DNA of 33,205 nucleotides from the IMG/VR virus record IMGVR_UViG_3300025771_000096, positions 1 to 33,205 of that record, one strand, 5' to 3'. The DNA is from a virus (lineage: Duplodnaviria > Caudoviricetes). The notes beneath the pieces are model-generated. The model was not told the origin of the DNA. It saw only the letters and a program-made list of their open reading frames with translations, and ran no database searches. Shown here piece by piece: positions 1 to 9,500 of this stretch (positions within the stretch are counted from its first letter, which is position 1; each line of letters starts with the position of its first letter). A program made the translations under genes and the position numbers.

Positions 1-11
1 GGACAACCGAA

Positions 12-45
12 GGGCCCTCCTACTGCACTAGAAGTAGGGGGGCCC
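12..45. terminator. GC-rich stem-loop immediately downstream of the minus-strand late operon (possible bidirectional terminator)
   Basis: GGGCCCTCCTACT (12-24) pairs with AGTAGGGGGGCCC (33-45), with one G-U pair on the + strand and an 8-nt loop. It lies 2 nt from the HNH stop codon and has no strong U-tract. Confidence 0.55.
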
Positions 46-47
46 AC

Positions 48-302
48 CTATTTGGAGCCCTTGCGGCGGTTGACCTTGCGGGTCACTACGCGCCGGTTGC
101 TGCGGCCGTTTCCGCCGCCACGGCTTAGAGGCTTGATGTGGTCTACCTCTTTGCCGTCGCCCTTGCGCACCGCGCCTGCGCGCTCTGCCTGCCGACGAGC
201 CTTATTGCGGGCGGCCCGGTCCTTCTTAGCCTTCGTGCTGGACTGGAACTTCGCGTACTCGCGTTTGTAGTTCCGCTTGTTAGCCGGTTTCTCGCCCGGC
301 AT
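48..302 (-). CDS. Small basic HNH endonuclease-family protein
   Basis: Motif GDGKEVDHIKPLSRGGGNGRSNRRVVTRKVNRRKG (DH..P...GG.N...N..N) typical of small phage HNH proteins. ATG at 302 overlaps the upstream stop (TGATG); the ORF track starts at GTG 305. Confidence 0.85.
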   Translation of the reverse strand: MPGEKPANKRNYKREYAKFQSSTKAKKDRAARNKARRQAERAGAVRKGDGKEVDHIKPLSRGGGNGRSNRRVVTRKVNRRKGSK

Positions 303-547
303 CACTTCTGCTCCAGCCTCTCAATGCGCTCGTCTAGGCTGGCGACCTGCTGGACAAGCTCGTGCAGCAGCTTCTCCAGACGCATGTTGGTCGAGGCCTG
401 CGAACGCAGAAACTCTAGGTGCGACTCCACCACTCGGCTCATCAACGGACCTGCTTTACGCAGTACGCGCCATATTAGCGCGGACAAACCCAGCAGCAAT
501 ACGGTAGAAACCCCTAGCTCCTGCACCGCCTGTGTGACCTGTTCCAT
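302..547 (-). CDS. Putative holin-like membrane protein (one N-terminal TM helix plus coiled coil)
   Basis: Hydrophobic LGVSTVLLLGLSALIW followed by a heptad-rich C-terminus (LEKLLHELVQQVASLDERIERLEQK), located at the end of the late operon. Function is inferred. Confidence 0.5.
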   Translation of the reverse strand: MEQVTQAVQELGVSTVLLLGLSALIWRVLRKAGPLMSRVVESHLEFLRSQASTNMRLEKLLHELVQQVASLDERIERLEQK

Positions 548-548
548 G

Positions 549-3500
549 TCAATCTGCCCTGTACCCCTGCTTGCGTAGTTCTGCGCGAGTCGCCGCCGCT
601 CGCTCCTGAAGCTGCTTTAGTGTAACCGCCGGGCGCTTGCGACCGGAGACTGCTTCGCGCACAGATGCCTCGTATGCCTTGATGATCTCGGACTGCGTCT
701 CCGTGATGATCGTCGCGTATTCCGCGCGCTCCTCTTCGGTCTGCGCGGCCCTCATAAGGCGGCGCACCGGGGACAGATCGCGGTGGACCTCCTCGAACAC
801 CAGACCGAACCCGTAGCTTAGCTCGTACTTCTCAATCGACTGCTCGTAGCGCTCAGGGTCGGTTTTCTGCATCTCGTCGATCATCTCTACCACGCGTCCT
901 GTCTGCTCCCGGATCTCATAGAAGTTCCGCTGCACGGGCAGTTCAGGCGTCTTGTAGATAAACGACCCGGCAAAAGGGTTCTTATCCGGGCGGACTGGAG
1001 CGGCCGCCTCCTTGTACACCTTGCCCACGGTTCGCCAGATGTCGCGACCTAGCGAGCCGAAAAGGCTGTTCATCACGTGGTCGAAGTTGTCTGGCGTGAA
1101 GTCGCGCACGCTGTCCATGGGGCTTGGCTTCATAGCGTCGCCTCCAAGGACCTCGAATATCGCCTTCGTGGCCTCCTTTGCCGCACGGCTCGCGTCTGGC
1201 GTTTTCAGGTGGTCTGGCAGGTTGCGCTCCAGAAGGAACGGCGAGCTAATGTCGCCTCCGTACCACGTCACGTTCTCTCCAGCCTGAACGAACGGGTCGA
1301 AAACGCTAGGCGCGATGAGTTGACCAAACGTGGGGCCAGACGGCAGCGGGTTGAAGGTCTGCAACGCCGTCACCATCAGGTCGTAGCCCGACTCTGTAGC
1401 CTCCTTGTCGCCCATAGCCATAGCCATCATTTCCTGGCCTAGCGCCCAGAACACGTTCAGCCCGTAGGAGACGGGCATCTGGAAGTACGTGTCCCCGATG
1501 GGAATGATCGCGGTGCGGTGGCGGCGATGCGCCGGGATCATCGCGTACTCGTACTCGTCGTCAGGACCTTGCCCCATCAGGCCGCGCATCATGACGTAGT
1601 GGACAGCGCCCGACATCGCGACCCCGCCAAGGAACGCCCGGAATCGACGGCTCTTCCGGGCAGCGCGGATAAAGTTCATCGAGCCCTCGAACCCTGCGTT
1701 GAAGAACATCGTGTGGACGTTGACCCAGGGTCCGATGTAGCCCATTCGGTCAAAGTTCACGGTGGACTCCTTAGCCAGGAGCGCGGCCTCTGCCTCGCTG
1801 GCCCCAGCATCCAGGGCTGATTTGAACGCCGCAAGCCGCACAACCTCTTCGCTAGTCTGCGAGCCAAACTCAAGCGCGATGCCCATCATGTTCATCACTT
1901 TGGACAAGCTGCCGCGCTCTAGCTCTCGCCTCAGGTCGCGGCGCACGTTCTCAAGGCTCACGCTTTGGCGCCACCCAGTAAACGCGCCCGCTTCACGCGC
2001 CCTGCGATACAGGTCCGCCATCTCGCCCTGCGGCGACTGCTGCATGTTCATGGACGCCACCGCTGGCGCGACAAGGGCTATGTTCTTGACGACGTCGGCA
2101 ACGCCGATGTTTAGGCCGCTGTCCTTCCAAGCTTGGCTTTTGGCTATTGCGTACTCGATGTCACGGAACGCGTTGCTAACGCTGAACGTTGGCGACGCAG
2201 TCGTATTGAGGCGCGCTTGCGTTCTAGTCACAGCCCGGAACGCTTTCATGAACTTGGGCAAGGAATCCACGCCTACGCTGGCAATGGATCGCGCAAGATC
2301 AGGGTCGGCCAGCCGGATGCTGTGCGGCACGCCCTTGATGTTTAGCCGGAAATGGGTGTCGCGGTTGCGACGGCTGTAGCGCTCACCAGGGCGCAGCCTG
2401 CGAACCTCAAGTACCTGACGGGGAACCTGCCTAGCAATGTTGTAGAAGGCGATGCCGACCTCGTTGGCTACGCCTCGCTGAATGGCCTCGTAGGCCTGAT
2501 TCAGCACATAGACGACAGGGCTGTCCGGGCGACTATCGCGGCCACCACGCAACAGGGCCACCGGACCCCATGTCGAGAAGCCACGGCGCTTGTTTAGCGG
2601 CGACGGCTCTGAGTAACCCTCGTCCGTCTCCCAGCCACGCAGCGGAACGTAGTACTTGAACTTGTTCCACTCGTCGTACTGCTCCTGGCTAATAACCTCG
2701 GTCTGCAGCAGGAGGTCACGCGTCTCAGCAACCATCCCGTCAATGCGGCGCGCGAGCGCGGCAAACTCCGGGTACTTCTGGCGCAGCTGCTTGACGAGGT
2801 CCTTGGCCTGATCAGTCTCGTACACCTCGTACAGCAGGCGCGGGCGTATGGCGCGAGCGGTGGCCCTATTCCGCTTGATCTCGTCGCGCATAGCCTTGAC
2901 CTCAGATGCGGTGAGGAATCTGACGTTCGTAGCGGTTAGCACATTGGGGTCGTCCGACTCCAAGACACGCCCGGCAAGCTGATCAGCTAGCGCATCTGCC
3001 TGCGCCTCTAGGGCATCAGCCTGCGCCGCGCGCTGCTCTAGCACTGCGTTAGCCTCAGGGGCGTGACGCGCGATGAGGAAGTCCTCGAAGTCCGAGAAGG
3101 CCTGCCTGTTATCGAGGCCCGCGCTCCTAGCGGCCTTGAGGAACGGAGCCAGATGCCGCTCATTGAAGCCAAGAATCAGACCGCTTTCGCGGCTGGCGGA
3201 TAGCTCGGCTTTCCGCAAGGGGCTCCTTTCTGTCGGCAGGTTGGCAAGCCGAGGGTCGATCAGGCCGATGTATTCCTCGAAGTCGGCAAGCCTCGTGTAC
3301 CTGTCCTTGACCTCCGCCCACACGCGCCGCGTTATGCGCATGTTGGGCATCGGGGCGATGGTGTCAGTGTTCGGAGCAATGACGGGGGGCGCCCCACGGA
3401 ATTGGTTCTGGAACTCGCGCTCTACGTCCTGAGCGGCGCTTGACTCCATGGCCCTGATGACAAGGCCCATCATTCGCAGCGCGCGTTGGCGCTCGACGTC

Positions 3501-6500
3501 AGCTGAAGCGTCCGATTCGGCAAACAGCTGCTGCCTCATGCGGCCCAGCAAGTGCAGCTGCACCACGTTGTTAGATAGCTCAAGCCCCGGTGCCGCGAAG
3601 CCGCCGATCATCATGTTAGCGCGCGCAGACTGCAGGCCGTACTGATCGTTCAGGTCCTCTATGCCGCGAGTGCTTTCTGCAGCCTCGATAAGCGGCGGCA
3701 GAATCCCGCTCACCGACGCCGAGATCTGAGACTCTTGCTCCTGAGACAGGTTGCGCGCGTAGTTGTCTAGAGCGCGGAAGTACGCGTCCTGTTCGCGCTG
3801 GAACTCTGGCTCGTTAGCCAGCATCTCCTCCCTGGTCATGGACTGACCAAGAGGCAGAGCAAACTGGCTAATGAGATCGCGATCTACGCTAAAGTCTCTG
3901 CTCAGCGCGCCAGAGGCCTTCAGGGCCTCAACGGTAGCGTCTAGCTCTGACTGTCCGGGCTTTGGCGCGAGTCGGCTCGGCTCTCGTTCCTCAATGTTGT
4001 CGGCTCGGAATCGGGCGACGCCGGGAATCCACGATAGCGCGTCAAGATCTCGGCTAGAGAGGATGCGCCCAACCGACTGGACGTACTCAATCGCACTTTG
4101 TTGCGCTTTCTTTGACTTGCCCTTCGGTCGTCGGGCGTATTCGTCTGGCGTGAAGAATCGGGGTACTCCATGTGTGTCCTCAATAACGTAGCCACGGGTG
4201 CCGTCTGACAGGTACACGAAGGCCTGCTCAAACGTGTCTCGGCTCTGACGCCCCTCAATGACGCCCAGGCCTGCGATGTTGCCGTCGCCCGTAAAGCGGC
4301 GAAGGCTAGCGTGACCAACAGCCTGTGACGACACAAGCAGCCACGACTCCCAGTGGTAGCGGCCGACGTCGGGCTGACGATTCGTTCCTTGATAGGCCTC
4401 GTCAAGAGCGCTGCGCATGCCGCGCTCCATGCCCTCGTACAGCGCTAGCCCAGAAGGCCCGTCAAGAATGTCGGCTACACCGGCCGTGACCGGCTTGCCC
4501 TTCTTGTCGAACTGGCCTGGGACGACGACGCCGTCGTACGGGTCAACGGGCTTCTTGGCCTCACTGAACTGGGGCCACATGTTGCGCGCCTGCCAGCGGT
4601 CGATGACGAACACGTCTCGCTTGCCAGCGATAAGCATGACAAACGAGGTTAGCTTCGTGCCCATGCCGCTTTGACCGGCGTGGGACAGGAACAGGCGACG
4701 GACGTCGCTTCCAGTCGTGTTCGGATCCTCCAGGGCCTCGTGAACCACCTGCATCAGCGGCCGACCGTTGACGCGAGCGTTTGCCACGTTGCCAGCCCAA
4801 GACGTGTCGCGCCCCTCGCTACCGCCAATAGCGTTGAGGTTGGTCTTGGCGCTAGACATCCACTCGCCGTGCAGCTTCTTCTTATCCTCTTCCGCCAGGA
4901 CAGGCAGCCACCCCTTGACCCAGCTAGCCCACTCCTGCTCGTCGGCCTCGGTCCACTGCCCTTGCGCGATTCGCTCTGTGAACCGCGACAGCCCGTTTTC
5001 ATAGGCCATGAGGAACGCCGACTCGTGCGGCGCAGCGCTTAGCATGCGGCTCAAGAACGCCCACACGAACAAGTCTGCCGTGTCTGTCGGCGTCATCTCG
5101 CCGTTTTCGTAGCGTTGCCGCAGGACATCGGTTAGCTCGATGCCCTCATTGGCGTGCATGATCTGGTCAGCGTCCAGATTCGACAGTTGCTCGCGCAGCG
5201 TCTCAGGGTTGCGCACCCCATCGATCAAGCGCCGAGGCGGCGCGACGCTGAAGTCATCGCCAAACGCCGTCTTGACCAGCTTGTGCCACATGCGCGTGCT
5301 GGTCAGAGGGTTGGGAATCAGCCGCTCTAGGTTGACCAGCTGCGTAAGGTTGGCCTCACGGTTGCTGTCGTTGAACTTCTGCGTCAGCTTTGTGAAGTCA
5401 GGCACAGGCGCCTGATTCGTCGTGACCTGCAGAGGCGCGGGCAAGCTCTTGGGGGCAGCAAACCGCGACCGGCGGTCTAGCTCCTCTTGGCCGACCTCCT
5501 CGACAAACCGTCGAACGTTTTCTACGTCCTGCTCGGTGACCATACCGGCCACAGATGTACGCAGAGCCTCCTCTTGAGCCTCAAGACGAGTCATGCCGCC
5601 TTCGGCCATGGGGTCAATGCTGTCCGCTAGCGAGCGAAGTCGCAGAGCTAGTTGCTCCTGTTCAGTTGCGCTAGCTAAAAGCTCACGGTCCATTGCCGCG
5701 TCACGTAGCTGCTCTTGATCGTATAGCAGTTCATTCCGACGCTGGTCTAGCGCAGATACGCCACCGGCTGGCTGCGCAATGGTTTCTACGTCTCGCTGAC
5801 TGAGGTCGTCGAGACGGTCAGCCATGCCGAGTTCTGTGCGCCGCTGGTCATCAAACCGATCAAGCGCTTCCTCTAGCGGGCGAGCCGCCGTTTGGCGCTT
5901 CCGATTATCTGACAACCTTCGATACGGTGCATCGAGGGTTGCGCGCGCTGCCGTCATATCTACGTCTGTTCCCAACGCGACTGTCGTCAGCGCACGTGAA
6001 ATGTCTAGCAGACTGCCCAGGACAGACTCTTCTATCTCATTCCCGCGACCCAGCAGGTTCTCCTGCCCCATAGCGGCCCGCTCCGCAATAGTTGCTCCGC
6101 GTCGGAACACAGCCGAAAGTTCCGGGAACAGGCCGAGTCGATTGATGATGCTGAGGCCACGATCCTCAATCGCGCGCGCCATCATCTCGGCGGCCAACTC
6201 ACCACCGCGAGCAAAGTCGGCGCCAATCATGTTGTAGAAGCGCGGGCTTTCGAGGTAGTACGGTATTTGAGCGGCATCCTCTCCAAATAGCTCAACCAAC
6301 TCCTGCGTCAACAGCTGGCTGTCGCTGTCGCGCAGCATAATGTCGCGCAGCCGCGCAAACATTTGGACCACAGCGCCAGCCTTCTCGTTATTGACCATGT
6401 CGTCATACGAGATCATGTGCCCCAGTTCGTGCAGGAACGTGGTCCCGTATGTGGCGCGCTGCATGCCCTTGCGCCGCACATCACTGTATTGGCCGGGATT

Positions 6501-9500
6501 CATGATCAGGCGCCCGGCATGTGCTTGAGTGGAATATTTCACAAGCGCCGCTGCGCCTAGCATGCCCGGACGCTCGCGGAACCGCAGCTGCAGAACTGTG
6601 TCGCGCACGCGCTCCTGCGGCAACGACATGAGCATGAACGAGTAGGCAATAACCTGCTGCTCGCTAAACAGACCGTTGCGGTACAGCGCCTCCAGCTGCT
6701 TGGCCGCCATATCCAGCGGCGACCCTTGCGGAGCTTGCTCCATAACCCCCGGCAGAGGAATCCGACTCCACGGGGTCATTACCGGCGGCGGCAAAACCAT
6801 GTCGCTTAGGTCGTACCCGCTGACATCTTCGCCCCGCCGCTCAGCCTGCCGGACAATGGCTTCAGCCGCCTGCTTGTCTACCTGCGTGCGCCGACGATTT
6901 TGCGGGGCTCTCCCAGGCGTAAACATCTTCGCCTGCTCTGCCTGGGCCGCAGCCATTTCGTCCATAGGCGTGGGAAGGCCAACGATGGCGCCGGGCTGCC
7001 TACCGGGCATGGGCCTATCGCTCGCCTTTGGGCGTCCCGGCTCTGTGCGCGGCCGCGCAAACCGCGACTGCCCACGCAGCGCGTCTTGAGCAGCTTGGCC
7101 GATACGCTCCTGATCGCCCAGGGTCGGGTCTGCTACGCCCTCGACAGGAGTCAGTCGGTCTACAGCGACGACATCACCTGTTTCCAACCGCGCTCGCTGC
7201 GCGCCTTCGGGGCCAGTCACGTCTACAACGCGAACTGCGTCCGGGGCCCCAGGGCCACGGATGGGAATAAACGCCTCCTCACCCTCTGCGGCGGTTACGG
7301 CGTTGCGCACCATAGAGCCCGGCGCAATAGGCATGGACGCCGGGCCCTGTAGCTCGACGCCCTCTTGCGCAGACACAAGGTCATCCAGCGGGACGGCAAT
7401 GCGCCGATTGAGCGCTGCGTTGCCAATGCTGGCGTACTGGACGCCCTCGATGTCGTAGACGTTCTCGATGACCCAGGGGTCGCTTTGCTGAGTCTCCCCG
7501 ATCTTGCGCGTGTAGTTGCTGTTGCGCTGGCGCAGACGCACCGGAGCGCCCTCTACAAGCTCGCGCGACAGTGGGGTGCTGCCACGGAACGGGCTCGGCT
7601 GCTGTGCTTCTACGCGCGCCTGAAGCTCATCCAGAGGCAGGCCCTGTAGCTCCCCCTCAAGGTCGCCAAGCAGCTTGTCAGACTCGCGCTCCAGGGCGCG
7701 TATCTCTTTCTTGAGTTGCTGTCGTTTCTGGCGAGGCATCGTCGCGGGAGCCGCCTCAAGCTCCTGGCGCAGCGCTTCCGCCTGATTGCGCATGCGCAGC
7801 GCCGTCTCCATCGTCAGGCGCACAGCCTCCTGCTCAACGTCTACGTCTGCCGCTTGAGGCCGTTGTACGGACGGTGCTTGAGGCTCTCCTTCTACAGCAG
7901 GCTCTACCGGCTCCTGCGGTGCGGCGGGTTCAGCCGCAAGCTCAGCCAAAGACTCGTCCAAAGCTTCGCGCAGCGGCTGCGTCAGGTGCTGCGTCTCGGG
8001 CGCGTCAACGGCGTCGGTAATCAACTCGCGCGCCTCTGCGGACTGCTTACGGCCACGCACAATAGCGGCCACATCCATGGCCTCTAGCAGCGAATCAACT
8101 GCCGTGGCTCGGTCCACTGCGTCCGCAGGGTTATCCACGCCGCCCATTAGGCCAGCTTCCTGCAGTCGCTGTAGGCCAGACGCCTGCACGTCCATCTGCA
8201 GCATCTGGCGCGTCTTGCGCCACACGCGCTCTAGCAGGTTGCCGTCACGGCCCAGTAGGTCGCGCATCGCCTTGCGCACCTCACTGCGCTTGGCCCCCTG
8301 CGTCGCTCCAAACAGTGTGCGCCAGTTGCGCTGGGCAATGGTAGCTGCAGCCTCATCGGCAGATACGTCATCCTGTAGGTCAGCGCGGACAGGCAGACCA
8401 GCGGCTTCGGCCTCCGCGTCGTACTGAGCGCCCGCATCCTGCCATTCCTGAGTGGACTCAGCAGCGCCCACCATGGTGCGCCAATCTTCGCCCAGCACAT
8501 CGCTGACCGAGTGCCAGCCCTCGTGGTAGGCAAGCTCGCCCAGCGCCTGCGACACCGCCCCGCCCTCTTCCTCGGTGCCGAACGTGTCGCTGTTGATAAA
8601 GATGGTCCCACGGACCTGACGGTTGTAAAAGCCACCGGCTTTGGCTTCGTTCTCAGGCGTGCGCTCGCCTGGGCTGTAGAACCGGAGGTTGATACCCATG
8701 TTGCCCAGCGCCTCGACAACCGTCTCTGCGCCTTCGGGCATCTCGCCCTCACGCAGATCGTAGTTCTGCGCAAATTGCTGCAACTCCTCCGTCGTTGCCG
8801 CTGCCGCACGGTCGGTCCCAGCTAGCCTCTCAGCTGCCTCGCGGCGTCGGCGCATTCCGGGATCCTCCACGAGCGGCCGCACGACTTTTCCGGCAGCGCC
8901 CAGACCTTTGCGGGCAAGCTGAGTGCCGCCCATCGTTCCCGCGACAGTCAGCGCCTCGACGATCCACTCGTCGATTGTCGGGAACGCATCCTCCCAACTG
9001 CCCGTCTCTTCCTCGCCGGTCAGCCAGCCAGCCTTGCCCGCGCCAACCTCCATAAAGCGCGCAGCCTGCTCCTCAAATAGCTCGACCAGCGTGCCCTTAA
9101 CGCCAAATGGCGCCACGGGCACAAGGTTGCGCAAATCATTGCGCGCTACCATCGCTGCCCACTCCGCAGGCGAGATCCCTGGGAAAATCGTGCGGCCAAG
9201 GGGGTAGGACTGCGCAGCGGCCCCGTACTGCTTCAGCACGTTGCCCTGACCTGGGAAGAGGATGTTCGACACGCGCTCCGACGCGTACTCGATCAAAGCC
9301 TTGATGTGGTCGGGCCAGTCGGTTTGCTCTAGCGGTTGTGTCGCAAGGCTTTCCCATTGCGGCTTCATCGGATCGTCTCCGAAGCCGGTGATGATAGCTG
9401 CGTTTGCTAGCGCCTCTTCGACGTTGATGCGATCCGCAAGGCCATAGATAGGAATCTCGTCCGCTGCACCAGTGGCCGTAGACAGCAACACAGATGCGCC

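Noticed and set aside
23-32. CTGCACTAGA also found at 30141-30150
   Set aside because: A single 10-mer match in 33 kb is expected by chance, and the contexts differ.
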